Source: Eledone cirrhosa (Eukaryota). From it: a stretch of 64,000 nt of DNA. The stretch is from positions 41,416,001-41,480,000 of the forward strand of contig OZ024746.1 in the NCBI GenBank assembly GCA_964016885.1, written 5' to 3'. Under the pieces are notes generated by a model that was not told the DNA's origin, made no database searches, and was given only the letters and a program-made list of their open reading frames with translations. Positions 13,114 to 24,594 of this stretch are shown here, one piece after another. Position 1 is the stretch's first letter. Every line of letters begins with the position of its first letter. Position numbers and translations under genes: made by a program.

Positions 13114-13654
13114 TTTATATATATGAGGGAATAATACAATATAACAATGGTATTTTACGATAACACATTGGATGCTAGTCATTCATCAGACGATAGAAAC
13201 AGAGAGAAGAGAAGATGTTCAGCAGAGAGAAGAGAAAGGAAGTGAGGGTTAAAAAAAGAGAAAGGGAAAAAGAAGAAATTAGGTGAAGCACATTGTTAGT
13301 CAGATAGAAGCATCAACTTGTGTACCCCAATTTTAAAATAGGTACACATCATTCTGTGTGGCATAAAATATTACTAAAATGGTTGGCATAAGGATCACTC
13401 GCCCCAAAAGTTCTGTTCCACCCATGTCAGCAAGATGTAAAATATCAGTCACTTACACATTAATTTCACAATCAAGCTGTTCTGTTGATTGAAGAACGGG
13501 AACACCCATTGCTGAAACCAATGGAGGTCCATCTTTCATTTGTTTGTTCGCATGAATATATAAATATATGTATTTATATAAATGATAATATTTAAATATA
13601 TATATATTTTTAGTGAAACAAGTAAAAGATTAATATATATATATATATATATAT

Positions 13655-13820
13655 ATAGAAAGGATAAAAAGGACGATTGATTATTCCTTCATTGCATTTA
13701 TTGATAGGTGACGCGCGGTTCGCCACTGATCAGCTCAAGGTTCGATCTATATCTATCCTACCCGACTCAATAATCGGCAGCTCGACGGACCCTCTTAAAA
13801 TGCTATAAGAAAATGGGTTA
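13655..13820 (-). mobile_element. Short PLE-type fragment with mutated long-stem-II hammerhead (relative of family C)
   Basis: Minus strand: GGGT CCGTCGA GCTGCCGATT...GATCAGTGGC GAAC CGCGCG TC ACCT. Shares ATCAGCTCAAGG..CGATCTAT with 24519-24540. Flanked by (TA)n. Confidence 0.6.
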
Positions 13821-13950
13821 TATATATATATATATATATATATATAACCCGTGCAATCATGGAAACATAGAAATGAAGATGCGAATGACATACATATATA
13901 TAATATATATGTATATATATATATGAATATATATATACATATAATATATA

Positions 13951-14282
13951 TCATCATCATTTTACGTCCGCTTTTCCCTGCTTGCAAGGGTGCGACGGGA
14001 ACTGATTCTGGCTTGATTTCTACAGCTGGATGCCCTTCCTAACACCAACCTCATTTACAGTGAGTGCTGGGTGCTTTTTTGCCATGGCACCTCCACGACC
14101 ACTTTGCAGTGGAATGATATGGGCCCCAGTCCCTATCATCTCATTTCTACAGCTGAGTAAACTGGAGCAATGTGAAATAAAGTGTCTTGCTCAAGGAAAC
14201 AACACATCACCCGGTCTGAGAATTGAACTCACAACCTTTTGATTGCAAGGCCAATGCTCTAACCACTAAGCCATGTGGTTCC
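13951..14282 (-). mobile_element. tRNA-derived CORE-like SINE, family B, with RTE-type tail
   Basis: TGGCTTAGTGG A box, GAGTTCAATTC B box, CCTTGAGCAAGACACTT core-like segment, GGAAGGGCATCCAGC segment, (GAT)n tail. Confidence 0.88.
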
Positions 14283-14295
14283 ATCTATATATGTA

Positions 14296-14829
<534 letters not shown>

Positions 14830-15137
14830 ATGTATGTATGTACATATATGTATGTATGTATATATGTGTGTATGTATGTATGTATGTATATATACGTTAT
14901 GTATGTATATATATATGTATGTATGTATATATATGTATGCATGTATATATATATATATGTATGCATGTATATATATATGTATGTATGTATGTATATATAT
15001 ATGTATGTATGTATATATATATATATGTGTATATGTATGTATATATATATATGTATATATATATGTATATATATGTATATATATATGTATGTATATATAT
15101 ATATAAGTATGTATGTATATATATATATGTGTGTATA
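14830..15137. repeat. Compound (TA)n/(TATG)n microsatellite; similar tracts at 14313-14438, 17130-17419, 17739-17829, 18435-18588, 19442-19930
   Basis: Directly visible. Confidence 0.95.
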
Positions 15138-15290
15138 TAAATCAGGAAAGAAGATTGACATGGTTTGCTATACAAAAAAGGTTTTTAATCTCATTGCTGA
15201 CAATTGTTTCTCTGAACTGGTAGGTCTAGAGATCGCTATTCGCTTGTTTTCACGTTACTCAATCGCCAATACAAAATTATAACCAGTCAG

Positions 15291-16040
15291 TTCTTTAAAC
15301 TAATAGATAAACACTTCCCTATCTCACATAGATATCACAAAATACTCAATAGATTTACTATAAAACTCTCATACTCGACAGCAGCAAATATAGAATCACA
15401 CATACGCAGGATCAACCACAGAAATATCTCTAGTAAATCAACCGCACCTATGCATAACGTAGCACCAAATTATAAGCATAAACACATCACAACATCACAA
15501 CCGCAAGCGCATACAAACGCGCAGCAGCAAAACCCCAATGGGATTATATCACAACCCACTTATAACAGAGTACTAAACAGGAGTGTAGAAGCTGCACAAA
15601 ATAGTGCCTCAAACTGTAACTGTCACCTACCAGATAGGTGCCCATTGGCGAACAGATGTCTCGATTCGAGCCTAGTATACATGTGCACGGTCAACTCGGA
15701 TAACTCCACCTGGAATTACATAGGATCCACCGCGGGTTCTTTTAAAAAAAGATGGTATGTGCACAGGCACTCAATGAAAAACCGTGCACTTATGGGTTCC
15801 ACAACCCTCGCCAAAAAAATATGGGAACTGAAGGACAGCAGCACTAACTACAGTATTAACTGGTCGAAGTTGTCGGCTGCTAAAACCTATAGTACAGGTA
15901 TGTCCCACTGCGGGCTATGTGATTTAGAACTAATGTATATCCTCAAAAATATAAAAAGGCTACTTAACAATAAGTTAGAAAGATCTATCTTCTGCAGACA
16001 TAGAATTGCCACTAAATTCATAAGATTCAAACCTCCGTGA
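15291..16040 (+). pseudogene. PLE RT-thumb + CxC linker + GIY-YIG endonuclease (open frame, 5'-truncated)
   Basis: FFKLIDKHFPISHRYHKILNRFTIKLSYS (in frame upstream of the listed ORF), CNCHLPDRCPLANRCL, LVY...YIGST, H...CGLC..E...CRHR. Confidence 0.88.
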
Positions 16041-16795
16041 ATCGAACCAACACAACATAGCTTTAAACTAGGATACCCACTACCCTACATAAATCACCAC
16101 AGAAATATACTCATAAGTACACTCTAGCCTTCACAGGTCTATACCACACAAATGTCTGTAAGTACCTCATCAACCCATAAACTTATTCCTTCTCAGCTGC
16201 TGCCATCACTTGATCCTAAATCCAAGTATTTCTCTAATCACTACAACAATGTAACTTTACCTTCCTTTTGCCATAATTACAATCAGCACGCTTATCTCTT
16301 TGCATGTATGTATATTTTTGTACGAGTGTATATTGATGTGTATGTATGTGTCTATGTACACATGCGTGTGTATATATATATATGTGTGTGTATATGTGTA
16401 TATATATATATGTATATATATATATATGTATTACCTCCTTAACCTCTGTATTAACTCGCCCACTATTTAGCTTTGATAGTGTTGTCCCATTCATGTATGT
16501 TATTGAAGATGAAAAGAAAGACTGTAAACACCGGCTTATCTTTAAAATTGATACAATATACCCTACGACACTCCGTACATGCCAAACTTATACTTCTGCT
16601 TCATATCAGCTAGTTTTACATGCCGAAATCTTAGATACACTATACCCCCCACCTAATGTAATGTCAGGGTCTCCTCAAATAATTTATTAATAGCATTGTT
16701 GTAATTGTTGTTATTGTTCTAACTGAATGCCATTACTACTTCATATAGTAGCCTGTATATTCCTTTCATGCCTGTATATTCTCTTCATTCTCGCA

Positions 16796-16903
16796 TGCTC
16801 TGAAGAACTGACTGGTTATAATTTTGTATTGGCGATCGAGTAACGTGAAAACAAGCGAATAGCGATCTCTAGACCTACCAGTTCAGAGAAACAATTGTCA
16901 GCA
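16796..16903 (+). ncRNA. Type I hammerhead ribozyme with extended stem II (family B)
   Basis: TGCT CTGAAGA ACTGACTGGT-(~60 nt)-ACCAGTTCAGA GAAA CAATTG TC AGCA. Predicted GUC cleavage after 16899. Palindrome ACAATTGT. Confidence 0.8.
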
Positions 16904-17365
16904 ATGAGATTAAAAACCTTTTTTGTATAGCAAACCATGTCAATCTTCTTTCCTGATTTATTATTACTCCAAGTGTTTACAACATAGGAATTACAGTATA
17001 CTCGCAACATCACTACGAAAACGCCTTGTTGAGTCAAACCAAGCCAAGCGTTGATATCATCCACTACCTGGAATACCATAACTGGACTATACCTAAGTGG
17101 ACTGCATATAACTATTATTTGTTACCCCGTATATGTATGTATGTATATATATGTATGTATGTATATATATGTATGTATGTATATATATATGTATGTATGT
17201 ATATGTGTATGTATGTATGTATATATGTATGTATATATATGTATGTATGTATATATATGTATGTATGTATATATATGTATGTATGTATATATATATGTAT
17301 GTATGTATATGTGTATGTATATATGTATGTATATATATGTATGTATGTATATATATGTATGTATG

Positions 17366-17398
<33 letters not shown>

Positions 17399-17419
17399 AT
17401 ATATGTGTATGTATGTATG

Positions 17420-17738
17420 TAATTCCTCTTATGCTCAGTCTCTCTCTCAATTCATTTATGCTTTGTCGTTCGCGTAAATTGCTATTACACATCCATCGGA
17501 GCATGCAGGCTTCGTTTCTCTCTAATCTACGTAGGTCTTCCACCTTCAGCACCCAGGTCTCACTGCCATGTGGCATTGCTGTTCGGATACACGCATCATA
17601 CAGTCTGCCTTTTGCAGCTAGCGGTGGTAGTAGTTCCCTGAACTTCTATCCCGTTCTTGCCCTAGTTATTGTACTTTCTGAACACCCACCTCCGCTGCTA
17701 ATTCGGTCACCTAGGTAGCAGAAGCTGTCTACTGTCTC
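17420..17738 (-). pseudogene. Internal RTE LINE fragment, same subfamily as 58634-60463
   Basis: [50 protein letters not shown] is nearly identical to 59560-59905. Confidence 0.9.
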
Positions 17739-17829
17739 TATGTATATATATATGTATGTGTGTATATATATATGTATATATGTATGTATGTGTGTATATG
17801 TGTATGTATGTATATATGTATATATTTAT

Positions 17830-18434
17830 GTCAGGTCACCAGTTGGTGCTACTGGTAACATGTATCCCAGTACAACCTGTCTCATGGTCGGGTTGTTGGT
17901 GACTAAACTGGCAACCCCACCAAGGTTTCTTGGTGAGGAGGGTGACTTTGGACATCCTGCAGGACTAAAAACAAAACCTGTCAAAGGGCAAAGGAGCTCT
18001 TAAGAGTCAATGGCCATCCAAAATCATTGGGAGTGATGACCCCTTAGCCTTTGTCAAGGCAGAATTCTAGGAGAAGGAAAACTCTGATATAACACCTGCA
18101 ACTCTGATGGTATCCAATGATGTTGACATGTTCTTCTTTTTGGTAAATATCATCTTGGTTAAGAGAGTGGGACTGGCTTTGTGCAGTGCCTTTGCTCACT
18201 ATAAAAGCTTCATGGCACAGGTATTGCTTTATATCTGGAGATCTCTCTGCACTTGTCATCATGTGGTACCATGGGCCCAGCACTATGTGTCAATAATTGC
18301 TACAGGTGTAGTGTTTGTTCCAGAGTTTTCAAGTCGCTGGCTGGGCTAAAAAGTCACACTCGTTCAGCGCATCGGTAGGAGTTCTACATAGATATAAAGT
18401 AGTGGCCGTACTCGAAAACATGTTGGCAGCCACC
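17830..18434 (+). mobile_element. Non-autonomous bipartite RTE-derived element (~600 bp), copy 2
   Basis: RTE-5'UTR-like head. The 3' part encodes [25 protein letters not shown] (C2H2 finger, 18301-18378). Terminal hairpin GTGGCCG..GCAGCCAC, then (TA)n. Confidence 0.75.
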
Positions 18435-18588
18435 ATATATGTATGTATATATATGTATGTATGTATATATATATGTATGTATGTATATATATATATGTAT
18501 GTATGTATATATATATGTATGTATGTATATATATATGTATGTATGTATGTATATATATATGTATGTATGTATGTATATATATATGTAT

Positions 18589-19179
18589 GTCAGGTCACCA
18601 GTTGGTGCTACTGGTAACATGTATCCCAGTACAACCTGTCTCATGGTCGGGTCGTTGGCGACTAAACTGGCAACCCCACCAAGGTTTCTTGGTGAGGAGG
18701 GTGACTTTGGACATCCTGCAGGACTAAAAACAAGGGAGCTCTTAAGAATCAATGGCCATCTAAAATCACCGGGAGAGATGACCCCTTAGCCTTTGTCAAA
18801 GCAGAATTTTAGGAGAAGGAAAACTCTGATATAACACCTGGAACCCTGATGGTATCCAATGATGTTGACTTGTTCTTCTTTTTGGTAAATATCATCTTGG
18901 TTAAGAGAGTGGGACTGGCTTTGTGCAGTGCCTTTGCTCACTATAAAAGCTTCACGGCACAGGCATTGCTTTATATCTGGAGATCTCTCTGCACTTGTCA
19001 TCACATGGTACCATGGGCCCAGCACTATGTGTCAATAATTGTCACAGGTGTAGTGATTGTACCAGAGTTTTCAAGTCGCTGGCTGGACTAAAAAGTCACA
19101 CTCGTTCAGTGCATCGGTAGGGCTTCTCCTACATGGATATAAAGTAGTGGCCGTACTCGAAAACGAGTTGGCAGCCACC
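18589..19179 (+). mobile_element. Non-autonomous bipartite RTE-derived element, copy 3
   Basis: Colinear with 17830-18434. [25 protein letters not shown] at 19043-19120. Confidence 0.75.
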
Positions 19180-19209
19180 ATGTATATATATTATATGTAT
19201 GTATATATA

Positions 19210-19439
19210 TCAAAGGGCAAAGAAGCTCTTAAGAGTCAATGGTCATCCAAAATCACCGGAAGAGATGAGCCTTTGTTAAGGCAGAATTCTAGGAGAAGGA
19301 AAACTCTGATATAACACCTGCAACCCTGATTTTCAAGTCGCTGGCTGGACTAAAATCTCACACTTGTTCAACGCATCGGTAGGGGTTCTCCTACATGGAT
19401 ATAAAGTAGTGGTCGTACTCGAAAACGAGTTGGCAGCCA

Positions 19440-19441
<2 letters not shown>
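19210..19441 (+). mobile_element. Non-autonomous RTE-derived element, copy 4, truncated and internally deleted
   Basis: Matches parts of copies 2 and 3 and has the same 3' end. Confidence 0.75.
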
Positions 19442-19525
<84 letters not shown>

Positions 19526-19577
19526 TGTATATATATATATATATATAAAATATATGTATGTATATATATGTGTGTGT

Positions 19578-19691
19578 ATCCTGGGTTCAATCAGGGGGTA
19601 ACTACAGAAAGTAAGGTACTCAATACATAGCAGAGTATAAATATTTTATATAGAAATGGCTTCTACATGACAAGAACTGTTTCATTCGAAT
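19578..19691 (-). mobile_element. PLE-type 3' terminus with partial hammerhead (family E)
   Basis: Minus strand GAAT GAAA CAGTTCTTG TC ... TATTGAGTACC ... GTTACCCCCTG, homologous to 57524-57645. Confidence 0.6.
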
Positions 19692-19755
19692 ACATATATA
19701 TATATATGAAGACATATATATGAATACACACATATATATATATGTGAATACATAC

Positions 19756-19842
<87 letters not shown>

Positions 19843-19891
19843 TACATACATATGTATTCATATATATATATAGATAGATATATATGAATAC

Positions 19892-19933
<42 letters not shown>

Positions 19934-20597
19934 GATCAGCCATAGATACATAAATGTCCACACTAATACACACATGCACACACACATACGCACACGCTTA
20001 TGTACCCCCCCCCCCCACACACACACAAGAGAATAGCAACAACATTTACTGGTCAAAAACCAAAACAGTGCATGGCTGACCACATATCTGTCAACAGTAG
20101 AATATTTCACTGTCACTGAGATTATATTAGAATGGAAAGGAGTAAAACAAAAACAACAAAAAAAAATATCAACAAAAAAGGAGAAAAAAATCAAAAACAA
20201 ACAGTCTTAGAACAACAACAACATACACATGCATGCATACACATATAATAAAAACAAACAAAAAGAAAAAACAACATACATGTATGCATTAGGAAAATGT
20301 CAGAATTTACATTTATTCCTGTGCAGCTGTCTGTTTCAGTACAGGATGTTAATGACAAGGGGAAAAACTAAATGCCAGTCTTTGAGGAAAACAGCATATT
20401 TTTTTTACAGTAAATAATTGATTTAGCTATAAGTCTTAAAGAGGCAGAGTTAAACATAGAAAATTCATAATAATAGTAATAATAATAATGATTTCTTTAG
20501 TTTTCTACAAGGACATTTATATAATAAAAACAACAATAAATAAAACGGTAGGGTATTATGCTGAAGACAAACATTAAGGGCTTGTATAACATACTTA

Positions 20598-20867
20598 ATA
20601 GTAAAATGGAAGAAACAAAATAATAATAATTAATAAAGCACAAACTACAAGATAATGTATATATACGTGTCTATACTACACAAATGAATACATACATGCA
20701 TGCATAAAAATAGGCATTTATATATAGAACAATATATATATATATAAATGCCTATTTTTATGCATGCATGTATGTATGCATTTGTGTAGTATAGACATGT
20801 ATATATAGATTATCTGGTAGTTTGTGCTTTATTAATTATTATTATTTTGTTTCTTCCATTTTACTAT
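20598..20867. repeat. ~270-bp near-perfect palindrome (arms ~130 bp, spacer <15 bp)
   Basis: ATAGTAAAATGGAAGAAAC...GGCATTTATATATA gaaca ..TATATAAATGCC...GTTTCTTCCATTTTACTAT, with about 5 mismatches. Confidence 0.9.
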
Positions 20868-20883
20868 ATATATATATATATAT

Positions 20884-21211
20884 GTAAAAGTTCTATTTAA
20901 ATTGTTGGGATACAACAAGCAAATATTTTTATAACTGATATAAAGCACTCAACAAATATTTGGAGTAAAAATACGATATTAACAAATGGAAACTATATTT
21001 ATAAAACCATATTTATTTCATTATACATATTTCAAGGGCACCAAGTTAAATTATGGTGTGCTTTCATCAGATAAAATATAATATAGATCAGTTTTATAAA
21101 TAAATATTGACATACCCTTAAAGAATGCGACCATTTCTGTTGGAAGCTCCCGGATAGGGAGCTTCCAACAGTAATGGTTGCATTCTTTAAGGGTATGTCA
21201 ATATTTATTTA
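20884..21211 (-). mobile_element. Third, short insertion of PLE family A with 54-bp fold-back
   Basis: 20884-21157 matches 4968-5241. 21158-21211 is an inverted copy of the adjacent sequence. Starts at (TA)n. Confidence 0.88.
21016..21076 (-). ncRNA. Minimal type I hammerhead ribozyme (family A, copy 3)
   Basis: Same core and stems as 10021-10081, with one loop II and one stem II substitution. Confidence 0.78.
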
Positions 21212-24200
21212 CGAGGTTGTAGAGATGCTTCAACGTAAGGAGGTTGATGTTTGCTGTATTCAAGAGACCAGGTGGAGGGGTGGGTCTGCTAGATTCATTG
21301 TGGGTAAAAAACGATGCTATAAGCTTTTCTGGGTGGGAAATGACAATGGGCTGGGTGGGGTAGGAATCATGCTAGCAGAAAAGTGGGTAGATAAGATAAT
21401 AGACGTAAATAGAGTGAACAACAGAATAATTAAAATAAGACTTGTCCTCAATAGAACTACGGTGACAATAATATCTGCATATGCACCCCAACCCGGACTG
21501 CCTGGCATTATAAAAGACAGATTCTATGAGTCGTTAATCCTCATTACCTCCCAAATAACCGACAGTGACTATATAATTATTGCTGGCGACCTAAATGGTC
21601 ACGTTGGACAACACTGTGACGGCTATGACGGAATCCATGGAGGCTATGGGTTTGGTACTAGAAATGAGGAAGGCTCCAGAATCCTGGAATTCTGTGACGC
21701 AAATAACTTAACTATCTGTAACACAAACTTCAAAAAACGAGACAATCACTTGATCACCTATAGATCATATCCTTCAGATAGATTATATCCTTACCAGAAG
21801 ACGAGACAGAGTGTCTGTTGTAAACACTAAATCCCTCCCCCATGAAGAATGCACCTTCCAACATAGCCTCATAGTTAGCGACCTCATAGTCAGGACGAGA
21901 CGTATTCGACAACAGAGGAGGACTATCCTTAGGAGAAAAATATGGAAGTTAAAGGACCCCACAGCCAGTAATAAATTTAAAAGCATATTACTTGATGCTT
22001 TTGACACTAAGGAAGAGCAATTAGCGTTGTACAATATAGAGGAACAGTGGGAATTCCTGAAAGCTAACCTGCTGAAGGCGACAGATGAAATCTGTGGCTG
22101 GAGCAGACCTATAGGCAGGAGGAGAGTAATTTGATGGTGGAACAGTAAGGTGGAGGAGTCAATCAAGGCCAAAAAGCAGGCTTGGAAAGTATGGCGGGAT
22201 GGGGGAAGTAGAGAAGACTATCAAGTGGCCAGGAGGGAAGGTAGGAGACAAGTGTACTTCGCAAGAAGGGAAGCAGAGGAAAGAAAGTTCAAGCATGTTC
22301 TACAACGCGAGGATCAAAAATGTGAGGTGTTCAGGATTGTTAGACAATGTGTCAAGGAGAACCGTGATATTGTCGGAGAGAAGTGTGTCCATAATGATGG
22401 TGTACTTGCCATCACTGACACTGATAAGAAGGTAGCTTGGAAGTGTCACTACGAAAGGCTACTAAATGAGGAGAATAAATGGGAGAAAGACAGTCTCCCC
22501 CACATCGATCCAATAGTGGGACTAGCAGTGCAAGTTGAAGGTAGTATAATAAGTAAGGCAATCAAAGATATGAAGATGGGCAAGGCGCCTGGGCCTTCGG
22601 AAATAGTTACTGAAATGCTGAAAGCATCTGGAATGGTGGGACACACTATGGTCACCCGGATAGTAAACCAAGTCATACAGAATGGGGCCGTTCTGAAGGA
22701 CTGACGTAGCAGCATCATCATTAACTGCTACAAGGGTAAAGGAGATGCCCTAGATAGGGGAAACTATAGAGGCATTAAATTAATTGACCAGGTCATGAAG
22801 GTCACAGAAAAAGTAATAGCGCAACTAATCAGAGAGCGAATTGATCTAGATGAAATGCAGTTTGGGTTTGTGTCAGGTAAAAGTACCACAGACGCTCTTT
22901 TCATTGTATGACAACTACAGGAGAAGTACCTAGCTAAAAGTAAACCCCTCTACTTAGCTTTTGTAGACCTAGAGAAAGCCTTTGACAGAGTCCCCCACTC
23001 CATTATCTGGTGGGCTCTTAGAAAACTAGGTGTAGATGAATGGCTTGTGAGAGCTATACAAGCCATGTATAAAGAAACAGTCAGCAAGGTTAGAATTAAC
23101 AACGAATATAGTGAAGAGTTTAGTGTAAAAGTTGGTGTTCATCAGGGCTCCATCCTTATCCCCCTCCTATTTATTATCGCCCTCCAAGCTATAAGACCGG
23201 CTGCCCATGGGAACTTCTATACGCAGATGATCTAACGCTCATAGCCGAATCAATGGCTGAACTAGAGAAGAAATTCCAAACATGGAAGCATGGCCTAGAA
23301 TCAAAAGGCCTTAAAGTTAACTTGTCTAAGACTAACGTCCTAATATGTAGGAAGGAGAATAGGGCACTGGCCCCATCTGGGAAATGGCCATGCTCAGTGT
23401 GTAGGAAAGGAGTAGGCAGAAACTCCATTTTATGTCCCAAATGCAACATATGGGTGCATAAAAGATGTAGTGGGATCACAGGTAAGCTAACAAAGAATAT
23501 AGATTTTATATGTGGCCGGTGCTCTGGTGCAATAAGTAGCAACAAATGCCCACAGAATACTAGCTCATTCCATTGCCCAGATGGTTCTATAGAAATAGTG
23601 GACACCTTCCGTTACCAGCAGTGGTGGAGGGTGCTCCGAAAGTACTGTAGCTAGAATCCGAACGGGATGGAAAAAGTTCAGAGAGCTAATACCACTATTG
23701 GCCGCTAAAGGTTTCTCTCTAAAAATAAAAGGCAGGCTGTATGATGCCTGCATACGAACAGCAATGTTACATGGCAGTGAGACATGGGCCTTGTGTGCAG
23801 AGGATCTACGCAGACTGGAGAGGAATGAAGCTTGCATGCTCTGTTTGATGTGTAATAGTAATATACGCGAACAGCAAAGCATAAATGAACTAAGTGGGAA
23901 ATTAGGAATAAGAGGGATCAGATGCTGTTTACTCAAGAGAAGACTACGTTGGTGTGGTCACGTGATGCGTATGAAATATGACAGCTGTATAAAAAAGTGC
24001 AGGGCGATCAAAATAGACGGTAGCTACGGAGTAGGCAGACCCAGAAAAACCTGGGACGACTTGATAAAATCCGACCTCACACACTTACACCTCTCCAAGG
24101 CAATGTCACTGGACCGAGATCTCTGGTGCGACACAGTAATACAGAAGACCTGCCTTGCCTAAGTACAAAGCGAAACCTACAGTCAGTAGGCACCTCTTAA

Positions 24201-24432
24201 CCACAAAAAAACACACAGTCCACGCTGTAATGTGGCCGTGTAAGTAACACAGTAAAAAAAACCCAGTCCACACTGTAAACGTGGTTGGTATTAGGAAGGG
24301 CATCCAGCCGTAGAAAACCCGCCAGACAGTCCTATACGAGCAAGACAAACAATCTTGCCTCAAGTGGGACAATTCCCGTCCAGACTCATGCTAGCATGGA
24401 AGATGGACGTTAAATGATGATGATGATGATGA
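21212..24432 (+). pseudogene. Near full-length RTE-clade LINE (APE endonuclease, RT, PHD-like Cys finger), with multiple stops and frameshifts
   Basis: CIQETRW, SAYAPQ, AGDLNGHVG (APE). KAPGPS, NYRGIKL, QFGF, FVDLEKAFDRV, GVHQGS, YADD (RT). CSVC..CPKC..WVHKRC..CGRC finger. 3' UTR ends in (GAT)n. Confidence 0.93.
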
Positions 24433-24490
24433 TTATATACACATATAGTATTAATATATAAGGAACAAAGAATCCGTGTTGCATCATATA

Positions 24491-24594
24491 CATATTTATT
24501 ACATATGTTTCACTGTCAATCAGCTCAAGGAACGATCTATTAATGATCGAACCTGACTCTGGAATCAGAAGCTCCTCAGATATGCTATAATATG
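24491..24594 (-). ncRNA. Type I hammerhead ribozyme with extended stem II (family C), at the end of a probable PLE 3' fragment (~24435-25390)
   Basis: Minus strand: TAT CTGAGGA GCT...(61-nt stem II with nested pairings TCAGG/CTTGA and CGATC/GATCG)...AGT GAAA CATATG TA ATA. Palindrome ACATATGT. Confidence 0.72.

Larger units (their letters stand above)
15138..17129 (+). mobile_element. Second Penelope-like (Naiad-type) element, 5'-truncated, with ~157-bp inverted terminal copy
   Basis: 15138-15295 is the reverse complement of 16803-16960. Contains a thumb/CxC/GIY-YIG ORF and a hammerhead. TA/TATG tracts lie on both sides. Confidence 0.88.

Noticed and set aside
16501-16558. SECIS-like hairpin (ATGA, 12-nt helix, AAA loop) in the PLE 2 3' UTR, of interest because some Naiads encode selenoproteins
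   Set aside because: The 3' side of the quartet reads AA, not GA, and neither PLE ORF has in-frame UGA at Cys positions. SECISearch on the family consensus would settle it.
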